From Lachnospiraceae bacterium (GTDB lineage: Bacteria; Bacillota; Clostridia; Lachnospirales; Lachnospiraceae): DNA of 37,218 nt. Both the position numbers and the translations under genes were made by a program. Positions 27,136-35,598 of this stretch are shown here, piece after piece. The stretch covers positions 1 through 37,218 of the forward strand of contig JAAVAF010000052.1 of assembly GCA_014804225.1 (NCBI GenBank), given 5' to 3'. Below the pieces are notes generated by a model. The model was not told the DNA's origin and searched no databases. It saw only the letters and a program-made list of their open reading frames with translations. The number at the start of each line of letters is the position of its first letter. The first letter of the stretch is position 1.

Positions 27136-27242
27136 TTTTATTCTATAGAAAAATGCGATAACGTAAATCATTAAAACAAAAAGCGAAGCTTTTTGCTAGA
27201 TGAGTGCGCAACGTATGCATACGTATGCACTCATCTTTTTTT
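27136..27242 (+). repeat. Modular structured intergenic repeat, copy 4
   Basis: Diverged core at 27144-27172. AAACAAAAAGCGAAGCTTTTTGC is identical to copy 2, followed by hairpin AGATGAGTGC..GCACTCATCT and a T run. Confidence 0.85.
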
Positions 27243-27806
27243 CATCTCGATAACTGCCATATCTTTGTCACCGTGCCCGTTCATTGTTTCAACCGTAAAG
27301 GTCACGATATTATCGTCCCACTCGATCTCATAAGCGTTTGCACAGATTGCCCGAAAGCCGTCATCCGTTATAAGACTTGCTTTTTCCTCAACAAGAAACG
27401 GACCTGTCCGCTCATATAAAACCACGCCGCCCGCAAGAAGCCAAGACCATTCCTCTGCTATGACAGCATATTTTTTATCGGGGGAATAAAAGGTGTAATA
27501 AGTTCCTCTGTCAACCATAAACAATAGATAGCAAAAGGAAGTGCCAAGCAGCAGCATCATAGAAAGCACACATACTGCTATCATAATGATCAGGCTTTTC
27601 TTACTTTTATTCTGTCTGTGTTTGGCTATTACAAGAATAATACTTAAAATCAGGATACTGATAATAGCGCCATAAGCAAGCTGTGAACCCGCAATCCGCC
27701 CGATTAAAATCGTTTTGCCTGATACGAGAGGCACAAACAGTAACACGGCCAAAACGCAGCAAAGCAGAAAAATCAGAGCGGAATTTACTTTGATCAGATT
27801 TTTCAT
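27231..27806 (-). CDS. Hypothetical membrane protein (three TM helices plus small soluble domain, 191 aa)
   Basis: Three hydrophobic segments, then the motif YSPDKKY..IEW. RBS GGAGG before ATG 27806. Confidence 0.8.
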   Translation of the reverse strand: MKNLIKVNSALIFLLCCVLAVLLFVPLVSGKTILIGRIAGSQLAYGAIISILILSIILVIAKHRQNKSKKSLIIMIAVCVLSMMLLLGTSFCYLLFMVDRGTYYTFYSPDKKYAVIAEEWSWLLAGGVVLYERTGPFLVEEKASLITDDGFRAICANAYEIEWDDNIVTFTVETMNGHGDKDMAVIEMKKR

Positions 27807-27823
27807 ACAAAGCCTCCGATTTT

Positions 27824-30034
27824 TCAATCTATTGCCTTGAAGCGTATCATTACACTTTCATACTGCATCATAATCCATGGTATTGTAATTCCTGCATTGA
27901 TAAAAGCTGCGCCGCTGTTAGTGACACTTGTGTCATTTTTAATCGTGCATTGATATCTCTTATCTTTGTCCAATCCTTTCATGAAAACATGCGTCGGATT
28001 GGGATTTCCCTCGCTCTGTGTCTTTACAAGCGTGAGCATTGCCTCACTTTTATCCTTTGCCACAAACGCCCATGCCATGCAGTCATTATTTTCAAGCGTT
28101 GTAAGTCTGTAATAGTCGCCTTCGTGTGTCAGGTCGTAAAACGCATGGAACTGCGCTACCTGCTCTTTGACCTGCTCTTTTTCTTCCTCCGAAATCTTTC
28201 CTAAATCCAGTTCATATCCGAAACTGCCTGCCATCGCCACATCGCTTCTCGTCTGGAAGGGTACCGTGCGGCCTGTCTGATGATTTGGACAGGCGGAAAC
28301 GTGTGAGCCGACACTGCTAATCGGGTAGAAAAAGCTTGTACCATACTGAATAGTAAGCCGGTTGACAGCGTCCGTATTGTCACTGCACCAAATCTGCGGT
28401 GAATAATAAAGCATACCTGCATCAAAGCGTCCGCCGCCGCCGCTGCAACCCTCGAGCAAAAGATTTGGAAACCGTTCTAACAGCCGTTCCAGTAAATCAT
28501 AGACGCCAAGTACATACTTATGGTATAGTTCTCCGCTATGCTCTTTTCCGGATGTGTGGCTGTACATATCGCAAATGCTTCTATTTAAATCCCATTTCAC
28601 ATATGCAATCGGCGCGTTGCTCAAGATATCCGTCATACGCTCCAACAAGTAATCGCGCACATCGGATCTGCTCATGTCAAGTGCAAGCTGATATCTTGCG
28701 CGGTTCGGTTCGCGCCCCGGAATGGCAACTGCCCACTCGGGATGCGTTTTGTACAAATCGCTGTCCTCCGAAATCATTTCCGGCTCAAACCAAAGTCCGA
28801 ACTGCATTCCCATTGCGTTCACGCTCTCGCCAAGCTTTTTCAGGCTGCCTCCAAGCTTTTTCTCGTTGACAAACCAGTCGCCAAGTCCGCTGAAATCGCT
28901 GTCGCGTTTTCCAAACCAGCCGTCGTCAAGCACTAGCATTTCAATCCCAAGCTCTGAAGCCTGTTTTGCAATGTTGATAAGTTTTTCCTCATTAAAATCG
29001 AAATAAGTTGCCTCCCAGTTATTGATTAATACGGGACGTTTTTCATGTTTATATTTTCCGCGGCACATATTCTCTCTTAGAATATCGTGATACTGCTGGG
29101 AAAGCGTTGTAAATCCGTTGTCGGAAAAGCTCATGATGACTTGTGGCGTCATAAGCTCGTCGTTTTGCTTTAGCAGGTAAGAAAATCCGGCTGGATGGAT
29201 GCCCATTTGTACACGCACTTGGTTTTTCTGGTCTTTCTGCGCCGCCGCAATAAAGTTTCCGCTGTAAGCAAGGCAAAAACCGTAGCAGTTTCCGTGATCC
29301 TCGTCTGTATTGTGATCGCAAAGAATGAAGGAGGGATTGTACTGGTGGCTTGATGTGCCTCGCACACTGCCGATTTCTACCTTTGCGTGCTTTACAGGAA
29401 CGCGCTCGGGCATTCTCTCAAAGGCGTGCCGTCCTGTGAAATAAATCATATCCGGCTCAAAGAACATCATATCCAGATTCATGGATAACAGCTTTTCTAC
29501 GGAAATGCTGCGTTGTCCTTTATTGATAATTTTTGCTGCTCTTGTGATGATATTTTCTTTTTCGTATACGCTATAATATAGTTTTAATAAGAGGTCGGTT
29601 GCGATCTCGCGCATTGTGATAATGAGCGTTTCCCCTTTTATGACACTTGTGTCATAAAGTGCTGGCATACCGTCAACCTTGTAGGAACCGTCAAGAACTT
29701 CGTAGCTGTCAAACCGAAACTCGGCAGCGTGGCTTCCGTCCTCATGTATAAGTTCGATCATGCTGTCGCGGAAGTCTCCGACACCAAAACCGGATACCTC
29801 CTGTGGGAGTGTGTCGAGGGAATAGGTGCGGTCTTTTCCGACACATGCGGGATTTCCGCTAAAGCCTGTGTCTGTCATAAAGATTAAGTTTGATAGGTCA
29901 TCACCATCGGTTCCTTTTTTTCCGTAAAATAAATGCAGCAGTACACCGTGTTTATCCGCCTTTATTTGGTAGCTGCTGTTGTTTGTCGATAATGTAAACA
30001 ATAGTTCGTCTGCGATTTTCTTTACTGAAATCAT
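27824..30034 (-). CDS. Alpha-galactosidase, GH36
   Basis: Motifs NNWEATYFDF, LDDGWFG, FGLWFEPEM, YVKWDLNR, EGCSGGGGRFD and WCSDNTD. Confidence 0.97.
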   Translation of the reverse strand: MISVKKIADELLFTLSTNNSSYQIKADKHGVLLHLFYGKKGTDGDDLSNLIFMTDTGFSGNPACVGKDRTYSLDTLPQEVSGFGVGDFRDSMIELIHEDGSHAAEFRFDSYEVLDGSYKVDGMPALYDTSVIKGETLIITMREIATDLLLKLYYSVYEKENIITRAAKIINKGQRSISVEKLLSMNLDMMFFEPDMIYFTGRHAFERMPERVPVKHAKVEIGSVRGTSSHQYNPSFILCDHNTDEDHGNCYGFCLAYSGNFIAAAQKDQKNQVRVQMGIHPAGFSYLLKQNDELMTPQVIMSFSDNGFTTLSQQYHDILRENMCRGKYKHEKRPVLINNWEATYFDFNEEKLINIAKQASELGIEMLVLDDGWFGKRDSDFSGLGDWFVNEKKLGGSLKKLGESVNAMGMQFGLWFEPEMISEDSDLYKTHPEWAVAIPGREPNRARYQLALDMSRSDVRDYLLERMTDILSNAPIAYVKWDLNRSICDMYSHTSGKEHSGELYHKYVLGVYDLLERLLERFPNLLLEGCSGGGGRFDAGMLYYSPQIWCSDNTDAVNRLTIQYGTSFFYPISSVGSHVSACPNHQTGRTVPFQTRSDVAMAGSFGYELDLGKISEEEKEQVKEQVAQFHAFYDLTHEGDYYRLTTLENNDCMAWAFVAKDKSEAMLTLVKTQSEGNPNPTHVFMKGLDKDKRYQCTIKNDTSVTNSGAAFINAGITIPWIMMQYESVMIRFKAID

Positions 30035-30178
30035 AGTAATCCCTCATTCTTTCCTAAGTTGCTTTTTGGGCTATTCTATTTCCTATGCATGTTGTGGCAC
30101 GCAGGATTAATGTCCGCGTACAGTATAGCATATAAATTTATAATATTCACCCATATTTTTCATATTTTGGAATAAAAT

Positions 30179-31162
30179 TTACAACATTTCTTTATATACC
30201 CTTAACACATTTTGATATGCGATTTTTTCGATTGTATTTTGTGAAAATCCCGCTGCCTCAAGCGTGTCAAACAGCTTATACATTTGTGCACAGTCTGCGA
30301 TTTCCAAATTGCCGATTATTCCGTCAAAATCCGAGCCTAAGCCCAAACATTCTATGCCTCCTACGTTTGTAATATATCGTGCGTGTTCTGCGATTCTTGC
30401 TGCGGTTGATGTGCTGTCGTTTCGCTTATTTAGAAAACAGCCGTAATAGTTTAGTCCTATGACACCGCCTCTTTCCGCAATTGTTTTGATCATATCGTCC
30501 GTGAGATTTCTTGCGTGTCCGCAGAGTGCGCGGGCATTGGAATGACTTGCGACAAACGGCTTTTTTGTGCAGTCTGCGATTTGCCAAAAGCCTGCATCGG
30601 ATAGGTGAGATACGTCGATGATCATGCCAAGTTCTTCCATTCGTTCTGCAAATGCATAGCCTGTGTTGGTAAGTCCTTTTGATCCGTCAAATAGGGGGAA
30701 ACCGTTTGCATCTGTTTCTTCTTTTAAAAAATTGGGATTGGCAAGCTCGTTTGGATAATTCCATGTCAAGGTCATCATACGTGCGCCGCGGTCATAGAGT
30801 TTGTCGAGGTTTTCAATTTTTCCTTCACAGCATCCGCCTTCTTCGATTGTCAAAAGTGCCGACATTTTCTGACTGTGGTCGTTTTCCATGATTTCTTCGT
30901 ATGTTTTTATGACACAAATGTCATTTTTATTTTGTTCCATTTCTTCATAAAAAATGTCAATTAAGCTACACACATATTCAAATGGAGCGATGTCTTTTTT
31001 CAGGTCAATGTACATCGCAAAGTTTTGCAGCATATAGTTTGCTTTTTTCATTTTTTGAATATCCAAGTGCAGGCTGTTTGCGGCAAGCTGTTGCGGTTTG
31101 CCACTATGTCTGCTTTGCCAGATTTCTGAGATTGTATCGCAGTGCATGTCGATGATTTTCAT
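30179..31162 (-). CDS. Membrane dipeptidase family M19
   Basis: Motifs IDMHCDT, TLTWN, IDVSHLS, ASHSNARAL, RNLTDD and LGSDFDG. Confidence 0.95.
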   Translation of the reverse strand: MKIIDMHCDTISEIWQSRHSGKPQQLAANSLHLDIQKMKKANYMLQNFAMYIDLKKDIAPFEYVCSLIDIFYEEMEQNKNDICVIKTYEEIMENDHSQKMSALLTIEEGGCCEGKIENLDKLYDRGARMMTLTWNYPNELANPNFLKEETDANGFPLFDGSKGLTNTGYAFAERMEELGMIIDVSHLSDAGFWQIADCTKKPFVASHSNARALCGHARNLTDDMIKTIAERGGVIGLNYYGCFLNKRNDSTSTAARIAEHARYITNVGGIECLGLGSDFDGIIGNLEIADCAQMYKLFDTLEAAGFSQNTIEKIAYQNVLRVYKEML

Positions 31163-31228
31163 TTTGAATTGGCTCCTTTATATATTACGTTAATAACTAT
31201 GCTCCTTTTTTCACACTATTTATAATGA

Positions 31229-31257
31229 GCAAAAGGGAGTTTTATACTCCCTTTTGC
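31229..31257. terminator. Hairpin, probable terminator downstream of Rpn-like remnant 3
   Basis: GCAAAAGGGAGT-5 nt-ACTCCCTTTTGC. Confidence 0.65.
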
Positions 31258-31332
31258 CGCTTTCTTGATTTTATAAAGCGTCTTATCCATTTTTTGCAAA
31301 TATCAAAGTCCTATATTTTACATTGGCACATT

Positions 31333-31730
31333 CTATTCTTTGCTGCAATATGCGTTTAACTCCGCCTCACACATATTCAATCTTTTTGCTGCTTCCTGTA
31401 AAGTTATAATACCGTCATTAAGTAAATCTACATATGCTTCTATCCTTCCTTGAGAAATTCCTTGAGAAATTCCTTCATTTCGAATCGTTTTTGCCTCGTA
31501 CTCCAACACTTTTCCACCCATAACAGACTTCACTCCTTCCTTCACATTCTCATATTTTCCCGCTAAATTTTCCAAAACTCGATACAACATATCAACAATC
31601 GTGCATTTCGTATACTCATCAATATGCTTATGTTCACACAGCTCCTCAAGCCTCATCCTGATACGCCCATATTCCTGCTTCAATATCTCAAGCTTTTCTT
31701 CACTTTTGTCATATTCCTGTAGCTTTTTTC
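31333..31730 (-). pseudogene. 5'-truncated Rpn/PD-(D/E)XK-like gene; intact internal small ORF 31521->31333 (62 aa, MGGKVLEYEAK..)
   Basis: Tail ..VKEGVKSVMGGKVLEYEAKTIRNEGISQGISQG..ITLQEAAKRLNMCEAEL. The frame is open back to an in-frame TGA at ~31730. RBS AAGGAGTG (31531-31538) lies 9 nt before ATG 31521. Confidence 0.7.
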
Positions 31731-31759
31731 ATTTTAGCATTCTATATTACAAAAAACAA
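31731..31759 (-). promoter_or_regulatory. Sigma-A promoter directly abutting Rpn-like remnant 3
   Basis: TTGTTT (31754-31759), 17 bp, TGn-TAAAAT (31731-31736). Confidence 0.55.
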
Positions 31760-31764
31760 TGGAT

Positions 31765-33042
31765 TTATAATCTAAAACTGAGCAAATAAATCTTACAGCT
31801 AAATCCTCCACTTTCATTATTGTAAAAGCGCACTCTCCAATGATGAAAATCCGCAATCTGCCGCACCAGGCGAATGCCTAACCCATGCTCGGGCAGCTTG
31901 TTTGTTTTTCTTAGTGAATGAAATCTCCGAAGCTGTTTTTTACTTACGCCGCATCCGTTATCTGACAGTTCCAACGCATATTTTTTGAAAATTGGAGAAT
32001 GCTGCATCGTCAAGGATACCGAAATTTTGCAGCCTTGCGGATTGTGGATGACGGCGTTGTTTATAAGATTCTCAAGCAACCGTTTGATTAGTTCTTTGTC
32101 GCCTTTGATATATAATTGCTCCAACTCCTCGGAAATACTGACACTAATGTCATATTTTTCGTCCATGTTTCTGTTCATCATTTCACAGATTGTATCACGA
32201 ATAACAGCCGGCAATAAAATCTTTTCTTTCTTCCAACTCCCCATACCATAACTAAGTTTGTTTTCTGTGTTCAGATTAACGACCAGATTTTTAATGCGGA
32301 CCGCCTGATCCTCAATCGCCTGTGCCCTGTGCAAAATGCCGTTTGTACTGAACGGTACATTGTTTTCCTCATTTTGCTCTGCACTATCTGGCAAAAGGTG
32401 CAAAATTTCATCTGCGTAGCCAAGTACAAGTGAGAGCGGTGTGCGGATATCATGCGATACACCTGCAATCCATGTCGTGCGCTCCATTTCACGTCTGCGA
32501 TGCTCATGCTTTAAAGTAACAAATGTTACAAATATGAACATTACTATATTAACTGCTATCATGATTGGAAAGGCATACACATATGCAGTGATTGTTGTTC
32601 CCTGATATGTCAATGTATATTTCCATATCTTTCCTTTTTCCGTTCCAAGTACCACAATTCCGTTATCCGTAATATGAGTATAGACAGGATAATCTTGTAG
32701 GTAATATCTCGAAAACTTCACTGCGTCTTCTATTGTGTACTGCCTTGGCAGCTCCTTTGGCATACGGTACTCCCACAGTACCGTACCATCGTTATCCAGC
32801 AAAAACACAAATCCATTATGTGCGTCAACATAATCAATACCGTCTTGTGTTAATATATAATTTGTATCGCCGCTTTCCTCTATCTTTTTTTCAAGGCAAT
32901 TTGCCACATATCTGGCTGATACACTCGCTTCTTGATCATTTATAGAGATATGCGCCAATACAAATATGTCTGCAATCATCAGAAAAATCAGTGTTCCTAT
33001 TGTCAATACGATATATTTAATCAGATTTTCCAATCTTCTCAT
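31765..33042 (-). CDS. Sensor histidine kinase (425 aa)
   Basis: Two TM segments, H-box SHDIRTPL, N-box NLINNAVIH, DNGCG and HGLGIRLV. Confidence 0.92.
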   Translation of the reverse strand: MRRLENLIKYIVLTIGTLIFLMIADIFVLAHISINDQEASVSARYVANCLEKKIEESGDTNYILTQDGIDYVDAHNGFVFLLDNDGTVLWEYRMPKELPRQYTIEDAVKFSRYYLQDYPVYTHITDNGIVVLGTEKGKIWKYTLTYQGTTITAYVYAFPIMIAVNIVMFIFVTFVTLKHEHRRREMERTTWIAGVSHDIRTPLSLVLGYADEILHLLPDSAEQNEENNVPFSTNGILHRAQAIEDQAVRIKNLVVNLNTENKLSYGMGSWKKEKILLPAVIRDTICEMMNRNMDEKYDISVSISEELEQLYIKGDKELIKRLLENLINNAVIHNPQGCKISVSLTMQHSPIFKKYALELSDNGCGVSKKQLRRFHSLRKTNKLPEHGLGIRLVRQIADFHHWRVRFYNNESGGFSCKIYLLSFRL

Positions 33043-33056
33043 GACATTATGTTCCT

Positions 33057-33755
33057 TTAATCTTTCAGTTTATATCCTAATCCCCTAATATTAAGCAAAT
33101 GTGTAGGTTTTGACGGATTTTCCTCGATTTTCTCCCGCAAGTGTCTGATATGCACCATTAAAGAATTTTCATATCCATAGCTGCCGTCGGGCCACAGGGT
33201 GTCGCAAAGCGTGTTGATTGATAAAATGCGCCCTTTGTTTTCGCACAACTTTTTCAAAAGCGCATATTCCTTTGCGGTGAGTGGATAGCTCTCCTCACCT
33301 ACATTGATTGTCCCCGCGCTCCAATCTACCGTTGCTTTCCCGATTTGATCAACCGCGTTTTCGTCATCAATGTGGTAGGTTCGTTTTAAAATGGATTTTA
33401 CTCGAAGCAGCAGTTCTTCTGGCAAAAAAGGCTTGGTGATATAATCGTCTGCGCCCAATCCAAGCCCTCTAAGGCGTGCGATATCTTCATCGCGCGCAGA
33501 GAGAAATACGACGCATACGCTGCTGCCTTTTATCTTCTTTATTCTTTCAAATAAATGAAATCCGTCATCATCGGGAAGCATGACGTCCAAAATCATCAGG
33601 TAATATTCATTCTCTTTGATACGTTCTATTGCCTGTGCGCTGTTTGTCGCCGTATCGACGTATTGATAGCCTTCGTTTCTTAGCAGGTCCTCCAGCATTT
33701 TTAACAGCGGCGCTTCATCATCGACTAAAAGTATTTTGCTGTCGTATAGTGTCAT
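33057..33755 (-). CDS. OmpR-family response regulator
   Basis: Motifs ILLVDDE, LDVMLP, GADDYITKPF, ENSLMVHIRHLREKIE and RGLGY. Confidence 0.95.
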   Translation of the reverse strand: MTLYDSKILLVDDEAPLLKMLEDLLRNEGYQYVDTATNSAQAIERIKENEYYLMILDVMLPDDDGFHLFERIKKIKGSSVCVVFLSARDEDIARLRGLGLGADDYITKPFLPEELLLRVKSILKRTYHIDDENAVDQIGKATVDWSAGTINVGEESYPLTAKEYALLKKLCENKGRILSINTLCDTLWPDGSYGYENSLMVHIRHLREKIEENPSKPTHLLNIRGLGYKLKD

Positions 33756-33938
33756 TTTTGTACCTCATTTCTATTTCGATTTTATTAGTTTTTTTATATC
33801 GATTCTCTACTCTAAACAAGTTTATTGACTTTACTTATTATAATACATCTTTTTTCTTACGGCACTTACTTCTATAAAAAATTAAGGTAAATATAAGAAA
33901 CAAAAACTTATTTTGTCTTTTCAAACGTTTTTATTATC

Positions 33939-33967
33939 TTGCATAAGTAAATAACATATAGTAAAAT
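33939..33967 (+). promoter_or_regulatory. Sigma-A promoter reading into the repeat array and TA genes
   Basis: TTGCAT (33939-33944), 17 bp, TAAAAT (33962-33967); predicted +1 at ~33974. Confidence 0.65.
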
Positions 33968-33973
33968 GAATAC

Positions 33974-34121
33974 ACCAAACGCCGACACGCTTTGCGAGTC
34001 GTCTTATTGGACCAAACACCGACGCGCTATGCGAGTCGTCTTATTGGACCAAACACCGACGTGCTATGCGAGTCGTCTTATTGGACCAAACACCGACGTG
34101 CTATGCGAGTCGGTTTATTGG
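33974..34121 (+). repeat. Tandem array of 4 x 37-bp imperfect palindromes with no spacers
   Basis: Units start at 33974, 34011, 34048 and 34085. Consensus ACCAAACACCGACGTGCTATGCGAGTCGTCTTATTGG. Confidence 0.95.
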
Positions 34122-34187
34122 ACTAAAAACGGCCACACAAGATATCTTAAAATGTTCTATCAATATCAATCGGAATGGAGGATTAAT

Positions 34188-34403
34188 ATGAGTAACAAAG
34201 AAAAAGTTGTTCAGCTTTTAGACAGTGTCCCTGAATATAAAATGGGTTACATTTTGGCATATATACAAGGCATTACTGCTGATGAAGAAGCTGATGATTT
34301 ATTCTGCCAAAAGATAGTAGAGGATTATGAAAACGATCCCGATCCGGACAAAGGCCAAGAATTTACATTAGAGGAATGTAAGAAAGAATGGGGGATTGAC
34401 TGA
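34188..34403 (+). CDS. Putative type II antitoxin (71 aa, acidic)
   Basis: RBS GGAGG before ATG 34188, acidic C-terminus ..TLEECKKEWGID, and TGATG coupling to the RelE-like gene. Confidence 0.8.
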   Translation: MSNKEKVVQLLDSVPEYKMGYILAYIQGITADEEADDLFCQKIVEDYENDPDPDKGQEFTLEECKKEWGID

Positions 34404-34654
34404 TGTATCAAATTATCCTTAAGAAACGGGCGAAAAAGTTTATTGACAAACTTCCCATAAATGAACGCAGAAGGATTGTAACTGCGATTGAGCTGCTGCC
34501 AAATGGCGAGGACATCAAAAAAGTAAAAGGTCATAATGATTTATTAAGACTCCGTGTGGGTAGTTACAGAATTATCTATTCTGTTGATAACGGAAAATGT
34601 ATTATTTATGTCATTGACGCCGGAAATCGCGGTGAAATCTATAACAGATATTAA
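34403..34654 (+). CDS. relE: RelE/ParE-superfamily type II toxin (RelE/StbE-like)
   Basis: Basic 83-aa protein: MYQIILKKRAKKFIDKL..DIKKVKG..RLRVGSYRIIY..GNRGEIY. Confidence 0.9.
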   Translation: MYQIILKKRAKKFIDKLPINERRRIVTAIELLPNGEDIKKVKGHNDLLRLRVGSYRIIYSVDNGKCIIYVIDAGNRGEIYNRY

Positions 34655-34748
34655 TTCTTATTTTTTACTTGTTATTGTTTCTAAAAATCATATCATTTAC
34701 AGTTCCTAAATTTTCCCATATTTTAAAACGTTGCTATTCCCCCTAAAA

Positions 34749-34770
34749 TTAAGATTATTATAAGGTTATT
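34749..34770 (+). promoter_or_regulatory. Candidate OmpR-type direct-repeat binding site upstream of the ABC operon
   Basis: TTAAGATTATT-ATAAGGTTATT, 11-bp period. Confidence 0.5.
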
Positions 34771-34875
34771 TTCATTTTGCTTTAATGTATTAGTTTTATG
34801 ATTTCTGATGAAAGCATTTATACGAAAGGCAATCACAATTATTGTCAATATTTTCACAGAAAGGAATGAAGCAAA

Positions 34876-35598
34876 ATGAACATTATCGAAACCAAAAACC
34901 TGACAAAGGGCAGCGGTGAGCAAATGCGTGTCAATAAACTTGACTTGGCGATTCCCGAGGGTTGTGTCTACGGATTTCTTGGGCCAAACGGCGCAGGTAA
35001 AACAACGACGCTAAAGCTCCTGCTTGGGCTGCTCAAGCCAACGGATGGCACCATTACTTTTTTCGGGCAGAAAATGACAGAGCAAAACCGTTTGTCCATT
35101 CTTAGGCATACCGGGAGCCTGATCGAAAATCCAAGTTACTACGGACATTTGACGGGACTGGAAAATTTACATATTATGGCAAAACTTAAAAAAGTCCCTG
35201 CCGAAGAAATTGAAAAAGCACTGCACACTGTCCGCTTATATGAGCAAAAAGATAAAAAAGTGAAACTGTATTCACTCGGTATGAAGCAGCGGCTTGGCAT
35301 TGCAATGGCGCTGCTTGGAAATCCCCGCGTCTTAATTCTCGACGAGCCGACAAACGGCTTAGATCCTGCGGGAATACAGGAAATGCGCGAGTTTATCAAG
35401 GATCTCCCTACGACGCATCAAATGACCGTTATCGTATCCAGTCATCTTTTGAGCGAGGTGGAGCAGATGGCTGACATGGTTGGTATTATCCATCATGGAG
35501 AGCTTGTTTTTCAAGGAACAATGGCGACGTTGGAAGCGCAGGGCGACGGATTGGAAGAAGTCTTTTTGAAATTGACGGAAGGCGGTGAAAGTCTGTGA
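34876..35598 (+). CDS. ABC transporter ATPase, lantibiotic-immunity LanF/BcrA-like
   Basis: Walker A GPNGAGKTT, LIENP (E-loop type), signature YSLGMKQRL, Walker B LILDEPTNGLDP and SSH switch. Confidence 0.92.
   Translation: MNIIETKNLTKGSGEQMRVNKLDLAIPEGCVYGFLGPNGAGKTTTLKLLLGLLKPTDGTITFFGQKMTEQNRLSILRHTGSLIENPSYYGHLTGLENLHIMAKLKKVPAEEIEKALHTVRLYEQKDKKVKLYSLGMKQRLGIAMALLGNPRVLILDEPTNGLDPAGIQEMREFIKDLPTTHQMTVIVSSHLLSEVEQMADMVGIIHHGELVFQGTMATLEAQGDGLEEVFLKLTEGGESL

Noticed and set aside
26548-27419. ORF starts at 26548 and 27204 with similar N-termini (RNACIRLHS / RNVCIRMHS)
   Set aside because: These are translations of repeat copies 3 and 4. The real gene starts at 26635.
4289-30133. Identical 13-mer CAGTATAGCATAT at 4289 and 30121
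   Set aside because: Explained as extended -10 boxes (TGCTATACT on the minus strand) of two unrelated promoters.
213-31730. Calling the Rpn-like remnants active transposases or IS elements
   Set aside because: No catalytic domain, terminal inverted repeats or target duplications are visible.
33974-34121. CRISPR array
   Set aside because: Units are directly abutting with no unique spacers, and there are no cas genes in the window.
33966-34187. 145-aa extended antitoxin ORF from the ORF track
   Set aside because: ATG 33966 overlaps the -10 box and has no RBS. The repeat unit simply lacks stop codons in all three frames. The RBS-backed start is 34188.
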